Assembly: GCA_026914245.1 (NCBI GenBank)
Contig: CP110439.1
Coordinates: 6,262,001 to 6,326,000, forward strand
Direction: 5' to 3'
From: Puccinia triticina
Lineage: Eukaryota
Length of the DNA stretch: 64,000 nucleotides
In this document: positions 1 to 10,581 of the stretch, one piece after another
How positions within the stretch are numbered: the stretch's first letter is position 1
How the letters are laid out: every line of letters starts with the position of its first letter
The notes under the pieces: model-generated
Told to the model about the DNA's origin: nothing
What the model saw: only the letters and a program-made list of their open reading frames with translations
Databases searched by the model: none
Program-made: the position numbers and the translations under genes

Positions 1-1229
1 AGAACGAATACGCCTACGCTCTGCCTTTGATAATCATTCAAATCTCCTTGCCCCCTTGCAAGAGGAAGAGCGGCAAAGCCTTCAAAAGGCCTTATCTGAT
101 CCCGCAAAGTTTGCGGGGGCCCTGAGTGTAATCGAAAGCCATTACGAGCCAGGCAGTACAGCGTCAGAAAAATTGAAAGATTTCAGAAACGAGGCCATCT
201 ATCCCGATGACAATGTTGGACGCCCATTTGTCGAAACCTTACACCAACAAGGCATAATTGATGAAACGATTTGCCGAGAACTGAATCCACCCGGTGGACT
301 CTCTCGTCAAAATTTTTTGAATGCGCTGGGGAAACAGGAAGATTTTACAAGTCGATTAATGACGAATCTGAAAAATGAACTCTTGAAGAAGCTAGACACC
401 TCGGAAGGCAACCCGCCACAAACTCTGGCGAGCATCGCGGAACACCTGGCTCAGTTACACACTGAAAAGCTTCGCGAGACGGCCGAGTCCAGTTACATCA
501 AGGCCGGACTATTTAAAAATCCTCCGGAGTACAACTTTGTTGAAGCACTGAATGTATTCGACCCAAAAGGTGTCAGGGAGCTTGCCAAGCTTTCCGACCA
601 CAAGGAAATGCTTGTCAAGGCCTACATCCAGGCCATTCTCCCGCAGAAACGCCCCACGGGCGAGTACAAATCAGAGATGGATAGGTTTTTGAGTCAAATC
701 AAAATCCCACAATCCGGACACCCTCCGGGTAAGTAATGAGAGTCAAGTCCCTAAAACCAAACGCTAGAAGATTTATCATAATGCTAATCTTCCATTTCCA
801 TCTGCGCGCCGAATTTTGCTTGCTGTCAAAGTTCCGACTAACAAACTAAGTATAGTCGATAGATTGCCTAACTTCGATGAACGCTTGTCAGCCTTTTACC
901 TGGAACCACTGAAAATGATGGACCCGCGATTAGACGGAACCCCATACGCACGCCTAACAGAAAAATCAAGACAAAAGATTGAAGCATTAGTTTCCGAAAT
1001 TTACCTTCGTCGGAAAAAACTAGATGAAACACTCCAACTGCAGATCCATTGGAATGCTGATATAGCAAAATTCGAGGATAACCATTTGCGAGAAATCCCT
1101 GTGATGCTTCAAGTAATGGAATCTTGCCTGCGGGAGGCAAATACCTACTCAGCCGGAACACTCACTGTCAAACAAAAAATTGTTGGCTTCATGAGGCGCA
1201 TTGGCAAAAAAATGAAACTTATCACTTGA
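1..1229 (+). CDS. 3' part of a lineage-specific, probably secreted protein; paralogue of the gene at 13404-16725 (5' end outside window)
   Basis: ORFs 56-736 and 816-1229 align with 14757-16316 and 16423-16725 (LNPPGGLSRQ.FLNALG, KLSDHKEML.KAYIQA, LPNFDERLS.FYLEPLK). Intron 729 (GTAAGT) to 831 (AAG) is at the same position as the paralogue's intron 16309-16402. Confidence 0.8.
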
Positions 1230-1506
1230 AGATGAACAAGAAGAGGAGAACCTGGCCAAAAGAACCAGAATACCGAGCTGGTCTGACACCTAACCCATCT
1301 GTCTAAGATCAAAACTGGTTTTTATTTCACGTTGATTCATTTATCTCAGAGAGCAGAATTGTTTTGTAAATAACTTCTTCAAATCCACCTTAAGTTTCCC
1401 CCCAGACACTACCCGGACCAAGAATCTAGGCATGGAATAGAATTCATATACACTCCAAGAAACATTACTGCAACAGCTGTCAGTTGACATTCAAGATGCT
1501 TCAGGA

Positions 1507-1940
1507 TAGAGATCGCCAAGTGGACCCGGGTGCCCGCAGTGTTTTTCATGATATTCAGACACCCTTCTCACCCCCGGCAAATTGGGGTCATGACAGCCAT
1601 ACAGGTTGCATGGTCCTGCATGTTACATAAAAAATCCCGCGCCCTTTGTCACATGCCATTTACAGGACTGGCTGTCATGTATGTAAGGTGAGGTGGACAG
1701 GTCTGTGAAACCCTCTGCACAGTCGCTGTGCATGTGACATGTTGAAAGTGTGAACTCCATGTCAGGAACCGGACAGCTTGTCATGTACACCTGACAGGAC
1801 TTCCATGACCTGACAGGTGTACAGGACCACATAACCTTTATGCTTCTCATGACCCCGATTTGCCCGGGGTGTTTGACCCGTACACGGCGACCGCGCGCGG
1901 GTACCGCCTACCTGCGCGCGGGTCCACTTGGCAATCTCTA
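1507..1940. mobile_element. hAT-type MITE (TAGAGAT-terminus family)
   Basis: 22-bp TIR TAGAGAT(C/T)GCCAAGTGGACCCG at both ends with 1 mismatch; same terminus as 5208, 9713 and 41857; TSD not preserved. Confidence 0.7.
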
Positions 1941-2119
1941 TTCTAAAACCAACAAACAAACCTACAACAATCTAAAAGTGGCATGCAAGCTGATGCACCA
2001 TGGCTGACTGTTCTTACCTGTTTAGTGCGGTCAAAAAACAAGTTAGATGACAATCCCAGCAGTTAAGCACAAGGGGGGGGACAACAAACATTCCCCCACA
2101 AAACTGCACAAGTGCAACA

Positions 2120-2294
2120 TGTTGGAATATATGCTTCAAGCCCCATTTGAGTGGCCAAGCTATATGATCTAATATCCAAAAATCACGAGTCTGTGTGTTT
2201 AGCTCAGTGGTATAAGAGCAGCTCTCATGAACGTAGAAGGTCGTGGGTTCAAATCACACAACACACAATTATTTTCACCTGAGTAATTTCAACA
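2120..2294 (+). mobile_element. 175-bp solo LTR containing a tRNA-like unit (Helenus-like TRIM LTR)
   Basis: Ends TGTTGGAAT...ATTTCAACA; 5-bp TSD CAACA at 2115-2119 and 2295-2299; internal tRNA cloverleaf. Confidence 0.75.
2193..2267 (+). pseudogene. tRNA-Met(CAT)-like pseudo-tRNA inside an LTR
   Basis: Acceptor GTGTGTT/AACACAC; D-arm GCTC-AGTGGTATAA-GAGC; loop CT-CAT-GA; T-arm GTGGG-TTCAAAT-CACAC. The 5' strand of the anticodon stem is truncated. TTTT follows. Confidence 0.7.
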
Positions 2295-2581
2295 CAACAG
2301 GGGATGGGGGTGGGAAAACCCCCAGGCTGGCAGTGGAAACCAGCCACAAGGATTTACCTGAGAAATTATCTGTTCCTCAGGTCCCATATTCATGGAATCT
2401 GATTCCAAGCCTCACCATTGCCTCAAGGTTGAATTCCTTGTCATCTTTTGAGAAACCACACCACATTGGCAACTGCCGCCACATCCTCTGTGACAATTTG
2501 TCTGGTTTCACCTTGCAACTTGCTGTTTCTACCATGCACTTCCTAGCCAGTCATAGACAATCGATTCAGCAATATGCTAAC

Positions 2582-3519
2582 TGGTGAGGGACTCCTGTCC
2601 GTGCTAGGTGGCGGCAGTCGTGTGAGGGGAAAGTGCTTTGTGAGCTACCCTCTGGTGGTGGTCCGGAGTGATGAGCGGAGGCGGATTGGTGATAGCTTTG
2701 GGGGTTGGTGGTTTTGAGATGTTTTCCGGGGTTTGGATCCTTGGCGGTGGTTGTTTTGTTTTGAAGAAAGATGTGGAGTTTCCTCCTGAGAGAGGCAGAA
2801 GACTGATGCGGAGCTAGGTGATGATAACTGATGAAGGGGATGCGGAGTTTTCAACTCTGAAGATCTGATCAATAAACCCTCAGTGATGGACCGTATTCTG
2901 TGGATCAGAATGCCATGCCTCTCCCATCATCCAAGTTCGGAGGACTTGGACTCCGGGAGGCAATCTATCACATACATTCCATCATCTCCTTGCACGCCAC
3001 GCGCACACACACACAAAACAACAGAAAGAAGCAGAGAAACAGAGAAAAGACAACACAAAGAAATAAGGACAAGCACAGTGAGATGAGACAGGAAGAAACC
3101 AATCAGAAACTGGGAGAAACAGGGAAAGCAAAAGAGAAGACAGGAAAGCAAAGAAAAGCTCAGGGCAATAAGGGGAAAGCCACAAGAAAACAGGGAATAA
3201 ACCCACAGCAGGCGCTGTGTTAGGACCAAGAATGATGAAGAGGCTGGGGAATTGAGAGAGAAGGGAAATGGGAAAAGAATTTTGCAAGGATAAATGGAAT
3301 GAGGGAAGGGGGAAAAGAATCTTAAGAAGGAGGCGAAGTTGGAGGAATGAGCAGGGATGGAGAAGGAACTCTGAACTCTGAATCTTGAGGATCTTGATGC
3401 CTTGAGGGTGAATTCTTGAGTCTTTAAGAGTGAGAGGGAAGCTTGAGTCTTGATGATCTTGCTGGCAGCGGTTGTGTTCCTGACTAGCTGACCATAAGAG
3501 GGGCCACCACACCGGTCAC
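2582..3519 (-). repeat. LTR-like dispersed repeat, copy A (inverted relative to 4360-5186; strand is only relative)
   Basis: Reverse complement of 4360-5186 (TGGTGAGGGACTCCTGTCCGTGCTAGG...; same MMDRILWIRMPCLSHHPS translation on opposite strands). No TSD found. Confidence 0.7.
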
Positions 3520-3559
3520 CTTGGGAATCACTTATGCCTGGCCAAAAAAACCCTCACAC

Positions 3560-4350
3560 CCCCTGTTACCACCAGTTAAGCCCTGAGCCAGTCACCAGTA
3601 TGCCCAGCCAATTTTTAGTCACATCTGCCACCACATTAGGATAAAGCAGATCGCAGGCACCCTTTTTTTTGGAACAAGCGGGGCAGTACCTGGGTACCAG
3701 CAACCACCCCCAAGTACCGCTTTCCCCCACTGGGTTAATTGGGTAACCCCCGGACCCCCGGCCCTTGGCCCGCTTTGAACTGCCCTCAATGACTGACAAT
3801 AGACCAGTCATTGGCCAGGACAGGTCCTGGTGCAATCATCAAGGGGAGTTGTTACTCCCCTTCATGACAAGTGTGTGCTGTTTGTTGGGGGAGTACTTTC
3901 AATGACCATGACCAACCTCTTTGATGACTGGAACAGGTTGATCATTGCTGTTCTGATCATCAAGGACACCTCTTGATGACCTTTTTGATTAAAAAAGCCA
4001 GTGGGTACCACTGGTACCCACCTAAAAGACCCATGGTACCTGTCAGGCAGTGCCGGGTGCCTTTTTTGAAAACACTACACAGGTACCAGTGGTGTAAATG
4101 GTACCCAGGTCTGTTTTTACATTCTCTACAGGCTCCTGTTTTGTAGCAAAAAGTGGTGTGGTATCCAGGTACTGCCCACCCCCAGCCGGGGAACTGGGTA
4201 GCACAGCCAGCAGCCACCTTTTTCCGGTCATCAAGAGGGTGGTCAGCACCAACACCGTTCCTTGATGGCGGGTCATTTGGGCAATGAGAGGAGCTTGGAT
4301 GGCCACTACAGCCGGAGGCAATTGAGGGAGTTGTGTACATACTCCTCTTG
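3560..4350. repeat. Degenerate hAT-MITE-family interior repeats
   Basis: Recurrent GGGTACC and CTCTTGATGAC motifs like those in 9713-10581; no clean ends. Confidence 0.4.
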
Positions 4351-4359
4351 ACAGCTGGC

Positions 4360-5186
4360 TGTGACCGTTGTGGTGGCCCATTTCGTGGTCAGCTAGTCAG
4401 GATCATTGCCGCCGCCAGGATTCTCATCAAGCTTCCAGTTTTCACTTTCATCCCACAAGCCTCAAGAATTCACCTTCACCTCAGTTCCACTTCTCTTACT
4501 CCAAACTCTGTTTTCCATTCCTCTTCTCTCTCAGTTCCCCAACCTTCATTTTTCTTGGTCCTAAAACAGCATCTGCTGTGGATTTATTCCCCCGTTTTGT
4601 TTATTGTTCCCTTTTTTCTGTTTGTTCCTGTTTGTCTTGAGTTTTCTGTCTTCTTTTTTTTCCCTTTGGTTCTTTTCTTTCTTCCTGTTTCATCCTTTCT
4701 TCTGTGTCTTGTTGTCTTTTCTCTGTTTCTCTGCTTCTTTCTGTTGTTTTGTGTGTGTGCGCGCGCGTAGCGCGCGGAGGAGATGATGAAATACATGTGA
4801 CAGGTCGCCTCTCGGAGTCCAAGTTTGCCAAACTTGGATGATGGGAGAGGCATGGCATTCTGATCCACAGAATACGGTCCATCACTGAGAGTTTATTTAT
4901 CAGATCTTCAGAGTTGAAAACTCCGCATCCCCTTCATCAGTTATCATCACCTAGCTCCGCATCCGTCTTCCGCCTCTTTCGGGGGGAAAATCCACATCTT
5001 TCTTCAAAACAAAACAACCTCCCCCAAAGATCCAAACCATGGATAACATCTCAAAGCCGCGAACCCCCAAAGCTATCACCAATCCGCCTCCGCTCATCAC
5101 TCCGGACCACCAACAGAGGGCAGCTCACAAAGCACTTTCCCCTCACACGACTGCCGCCGCCTAGCACGGACAGGAGTCCCTCACCA
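4360..5186 (+). repeat. LTR-like dispersed repeat, copy B
   Basis: TGTGACCG...GTCCCTCACCA; inverted copy of 2582-3519; purine/pyrimidine-skewed core resembles the solo LTR at 28929. Confidence 0.7.
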
Positions 5187-5207
5187 TTCATTGTGAGAAG
5201 TACATGT

Positions 5208-5428
5208 TATAGATGGCAATTGGCACCCGCCGGGGGGTACCCGTTGCCCTTCATCAGGTGCCTGTTTGCTCTTGCAGGTACCCATAGCGGGCACACATCT
5301 ATATGCTTCAATATATGATAAAAATAAGCACCCTGTGCCCACCGTCAGGGACAGGCACCTGAAAAGTCAGAAAAGTACCTGCTAAAATGTGACAGGTATT
5401 GGCCAGCGGGTGCAAATTGCCATCTCTA
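5208..5428. mobile_element. hAT-type MITE
   Basis: TIR TATAGATGGCAATT...AATTGCCATCTCTA; 8-bp TSD GTACATGT/GTACCTGT. Confidence 0.8.
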
Positions 5429-5967
5429 GTACCTGTATACTCCTCTTGACTGCCAGATTTTACCAGTCATTGAGAGGAGTGCATCTCCTCTTGATGGCTG
5501 GTTGTGACTGGTCATCAAGAGGAGTATACATGTAGTCATCAAGAGGTCAGACTCTCTTGATGGACCTCCCAATGACTGGTCTGTGTCGGCACTCAAGAGG
5601 ATAGGAAGTCATTCTGCATCCCTTTGGGGCTTGAGAGTGAGTTTCAATGAAAAAAGGTGCTTGATGCAGTGCTGGGTGCCTGATTTTGGGAAAATCACGC
5701 GGGTACAGGCGGTGCAACTGGTACCCAGGTCCAATTTTACATTTTCTATTCAAGAGCATGAGGACCAATGTGTCCCTCCCTGATGAGAAGAGTGAATAAG
5801 AACTGAAACAGCTTAATGGAACACAGATCAACTTGCTCCAATCTCTAGAAGCATTGTTCTCTATTGTTCTGTTTTTTTTATCATCCTCTGTAGAGAGTGG
5901 CCAGTTGCCTTCTCTTAGGTAAATTACCAGAATACTAATTTATTTCATCATTGCTTAAGTTTTTATA

Positions 5968-6157
5968 TGTTAAGGTCAGGGTCTGGGGGAGAAGGGCCGG
6001 GTCCGGGTTCTCTAGCTAAGTAGATTGATTGCTAGATGAGGAGAACATGATGATCTCTCTCCCAGCTCTCCCTAAGCTAGGAGAGCCGTGACATTTATCT
6101 ACAAGTGTGACATGTCCTTGGAGTAGGCCATGGCGCGCGCTGGAGCGGCTCATAACA
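5968..6157. mobile_element. Short solo LTR
   Basis: TGTTA...TAACA ends; near TSD TTATA/TTATG. Confidence 0.55.
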
Positions 6158-7943
6158 TTATGTTACTACAGATTCTAATGAAATAGATGAATTCTCAGTC
6201 TTCTGAATTCTCTCAGAAAATATACCTCAGGAAAAGAGTATGTAAGTATAAAATGATAACTGGAAGCCTCAATCAGATGGATCCCGCACCACATCTTCAG
6301 TCAAGAAGAATAGCTCCTGCCATTGTTCAAACAAGCAATCATTTGTTTTGCCAACCATGATTTTTTAAGGTGATAATTTTGGGTTGTAAGGGTTTCTGGA
6401 GGAATCTTTGAATCATAACAAAGGAAATTCAGGTTGGTGGCGGATCAGGGAGGGGGGGATTGGATGGATGCTGGGAAGATGGAAATGTAACAGGCATGTA
6501 ACAATACAATGAGAAGGCACTCAAAACTTGAAGTACTTGTATCATAAACCTTGTATTTTTTTCAACTTACAAAAAAAGCTGATATTGTGGTTTTGACTCA
6601 AGTGGTTACTATAACTCTATTTTTTTTGTTGTTTTGATTTTTTTGATAGGGAAATTGGTTTGTATTTGTCCTGGAAGGGTGTGATTGGACAACCATGGAA
6701 TCCAATTTCCCTTTTGCTATCAGTTGTCATTTGTCAGCAGATCACCCTTGAACAATCAAGCCAGACAATTCTGCTTGTGCTTCTTCAGTCGTTGACTCAG
6801 CTTGTATTCACGGCCTTTGGGGCTATATGATTTTCCAGCCTGATTGGCTTGTCTCTGGAACAAACAATGCAAGATTCAAAGGTGGTTGTGAAACCCTTTT
6901 GCTGAATGGAGAAGGGTATGAAGGAGGTGCAAGCTCTGCCCTTCTATACTACCAGCTAAGAGAACCTCCAAGCTTGGCTTTGCAAGTTTTAATAAGGTGA
7001 TAGGAGTTGCTCAAGATGAGTTTGTTTCAGACACCATATAAAGGATTGTTATTGATATTTAAGGTTTTCTATGAGTATGGTTGTAAGTTTTAAAAGGTGC
7101 TGAGTGAATCACTGATCAGTAATAAACTGATGAACTACAAATGGGGGGTAGACAACTCCTTATATAGACAAATGTGAGGGTTTTAGCTCCAGGGCAGCCC
7201 TGATTGAGGGGTTTGAGCTGGCCTGGGCTTTGTACAATTTATGCAAGGATTGCATGCATGATGTGGGGAACCATGGCATGTTATGCAATAAAAGAAAACA
7301 AAAGTTGAGGTGGAAGTTCTAGAATGCGTAGAACAATGGCACAGACTGCAGGGGCAGTGCTGAATGATGTCATGCAGGTAGCAAACAAAAACAAACTAAT
7401 ATATGCAGTGGATATATAATGGAGTAGGGAAAAGTATGTGTATAGTGGGGAAAGGTGGCTTGAGGTGTGTGACAGGGGTTGACAAGGTGCTACAGGTTGT
7501 CCAGAGGGTCTACCTCCAGTGTAGCAGGGGCCCAGTTACACTTCCAGTGGTGACTAGGGGTTATTTTGGCTGTAGAATCTGATTAAGGGGTCTTTTTGGT
7601 TTTTTCTTGAGGCCTTTCATGGGTGAAATATGCTAGTGAGAGAAAACTTTTGATTTTTCCCATTTTGTATACCACAAAGACCAAGTCCTTCTATAGTCTG
7701 GAAGGCAAGCAACTGACCCATGACATAGATTCAAACATTTTGAGTGTTGGCGGACCAATGGGACACTTGAACCACATCAAGAATTACCACTCCCAACCAA
7801 ACCCTGAATGGCCAACTCCTCAAGAGCATCCTTCAGCTGTTTGATTCAAACTTGGTCCCTGTTCATCCCAACACCTTTCTCACCCATAGGCTTTTCAGGC
7901 TCCAGTAAAGCTTCCCCAACCAGGCCGCGGCTGCTTCACTGGG

Positions 7944-9002
7944 AATTTTCTACAATCTGCTGACAAGACTTGGCAAGCAACCATTGCAACCACTCTGGAA
8001 AAGATTTTTACAGTGGATCAAGCTGACAGGGGCAACACTGGTTGAAAAAGCCAGCAGGGGCAAGGAGGCGGAGGCAAAAAAAGATGCAGGGATGGTCAAA
8101 GACTGCTGGATTTTAAGACCAAGCTGGACCGGATTGTTGTCAAATGTTTTGTGTAATATTGGGAGATGTTTTATGCAATCAAGGAGGCATTCAAGAGGTT
8201 CATCAACAAAAGTTGCAATAAACCCAACAAACCTTTGGCCAATTTTCTTTACCTTGAGATTCAAACAGCTGGTTGGTTGATGAATGAGGCAGAAATAAAT
8301 ACCTGTCTCAATCATGTCATTATCCTCTTTTGTTACTCTCAGGCTAACACTATCTTTGAGGAGTTCTATAAACACAACCTTGCTAAGCGGCTTTTATTGT
8401 CCAAGTCTAGCACAATTGATCTGGAACAGAACATGGTGGTGAAGCTGAAAAAGGTGTGGCAAACAAAATTGATATGACTTTGATTGATTTCCTGGAAACT
8501 AATTGTCTTTGGTTTGGACACAAGAATGTGGGCCAGGTTTTACGGCGAAGTCAGAAGTAATGTTCCAAGATTTGGAGACATCAAGTGATTTGAACGGCTT
8601 GTATGAGAAGGTGGAGGCGGAAGCAACGCGGCAAGAAGGCGGCCTTGACAACGGGGTAGAGCTGAGAGTGACAGCATTGAAGTCAGGGAGCTGGCCAATT
8701 GTGGTGTTCAAAATTGCATATGTCACTATTTACATAAAATCATAAAACCAATTTTGGCTGGGAGATGTCAGAGTGCATAAAACTTAAAGTGACATCTCCC
8801 AGCCAAAATTGCAGTTTATGATTTTATGTAAAAAAATCTTATGCAATTTTGAATACCATAAATGAGCCAGTCAAACAAGCCAAAATCCTACTGCCCACCC
8901 GTTTACATTCCCACCTGACCTGGTTTGAGAGGTTTCATGTGTCTAAATATCTTGGTAGATGCTTGTATTTGGCCCACTCATTGGGCCAGGTTGTCCTTGC
9001 TG
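7944..9002 (+). pseudogene. Cullin (CUL4-like) gene fragment, frameshifted and MITE-interrupted
   Basis: IFEEFYKHNLAKRLLLSKSSTIDLEQNMVVKLKK/ECGPGFTAKSEVMFQDLETS...LRVTALKSGSWP...FERFHVSKYLGRCLYLAHSLGQVVL matches the cullin homology region; intron remnant at about 8454-8524; no N- or C-terminus. Confidence 0.85.
8702..8858. mobile_element. MITE inserted in the cullin fragment
   Basis: TIR TGGT(G/A)TTCAAAATTGCATA; palindromic interior; interrupts coding sequence right after GSWP. Confidence 0.75.
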
Positions 9003-9181
9003 CCATGGACAAGAAGGACAGGTTGAGTGGGGGCAATTGGAAGGCAGGCTGGGAGACTTGTGAGGCACAAAGGGTCTGAAGGAGGTCTGTCAGCCACAGA
9101 GTACATGTCACAGTAACTTACATGTGCCAAGTACCTGCAATTGTTCACATTACATATAGTACATTCCTTTTACACCTTCAT

Positions 9182-9384
9182 TAGGGGGGTTCACAATTGA
9201 ATTTTATAAGACTTTGGAGGTCAATTTAAGGCCTTTATGAACATAATTTTAAAATTTTGGCAAGATGTACAGAAAAAGGTGTGACTGGTCAATCAGTGCA
9301 ATTTATCAAATTTTTAAAACTATGTTCATAAACGGGTTAAAATGGGTCCTAAAGTTTTACAAATTTCAATTGTGAACCCCCCTA
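9182..9384. mobile_element. MITE
   Basis: TIR TAGGGGGGTTCACAATTGAA at both ends. Confidence 0.75.
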
Positions 9385-9712
9385 TTAGATATGTATATCA
9401 TTAGATACAAGCTTAAGAATGTAATCTTGTTATACATTACATTACAGAAAACCATAGCTCAATATAGTTACTCCAATGTACTGTTGTTATAAGAGTTAAG
9501 TTAAGTGACTGAAAACAGTAAGATTACAATATAACTTAACATTACTGTACATGTGAAATACGCCCAAGTCAGGTATCAATCATTTATCCCCTGTTACACC
9601 TCATTCCCTACTTACATAACATGTTGATTATGATATAAATACATCAAAATTACATGATGTAATATGATTCAAAATAGCACTGAATGGAATCATTGATTCC
9701 TATGATCAGCTA

Positions 9713-10581
9713 TAGAGATTGCCCGTGGGGGGTACCCGGTATCCGTGGGCGGGTACCCGCCAGCCCTTGGTGGGTACCCGCCCGCGGGTGCCGTGTGCGG
9801 GTCCGGGTATGTAAATTTTGGATGGCGGGTACCCGTCCAGGTACCCGCTGCAAAAGGTCTGGAGACGAGCAGTCGCGGACAACCTTTTGCAGCGGGATCA
9901 TGGCCCCGGTGTCCAGCACATGCTGGACGCTGAGAGAGCATACACTCTTGATGTCTGGCACAGAGCGGACATTGGGAGGGTATATGTGTGCCCTCTCAAT
10001 GTCCGGTATGTGCTGGACACAGAGAGGGCATCCACTCTTGATGTCCGGCCCAGACCGGGCATCAAGAATTCACACGCCGACATACCCTCTCAATATCCGG
10101 CCCAGACCGGGCACCAAGAGGGTATATACACCCTCGATGACGGTCTATGCCGGCTTCAAGGGTGGTGTAAACTCTTGATGACCGGCTAAGACCGGACATT
10201 GGGAGGGTATGCACACACCCTCTTGATGTCCAATCTGTGCCGGTCATCAAGACTGTACGCCCTTTCAGTGTCCAGCACAGACCAGACATCAAGAGGGTAT
10301 ACATACACCCTCTTGATACCCGGCACAGGTCAGGCATTGAGAGGGTATATACACCCTTGATGACCGGTCTGTGTTGGTCATCAAGAGGTTACACCACCCT
10401 CAAAGCTGGCATAGACCGGCTAGAGGGTTGAATTGTAGGCGGTACCCATGATACCCGCCACGGGTACTGCCGGTACCGGCCCTACGGGTGCCAGGTCTGA
10501 GTCCGGGTATCTAAATATGCCCAAAATGACCGCAGGTACCCGCACCCGCCATGGGAACCCAGGTCCACTCGGTGATCTCTA
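9713..10581. mobile_element. hAT-type non-autonomous element with internal degenerate tandem repeats
   Basis: TAGAGAT...ATCTCTA ends; perfect 8-bp TSD ATCAGCTA (9705-9712, 10582-10589); subterminal GGGTACCCG motifs. Confidence 0.9.

Noticed and set aside
2883..3512. Lys/Glu-rich and hydrophobic ORFs (also 4333-4885 and 29365-29624)
   Set aside because: Products of purine/pyrimidine-skewed LTR-like repeats.
6300..7500. Possible old LTR retroelement remnant
   Set aside because: No TSD, paired LTR or recognisable protein motif could be confirmed.
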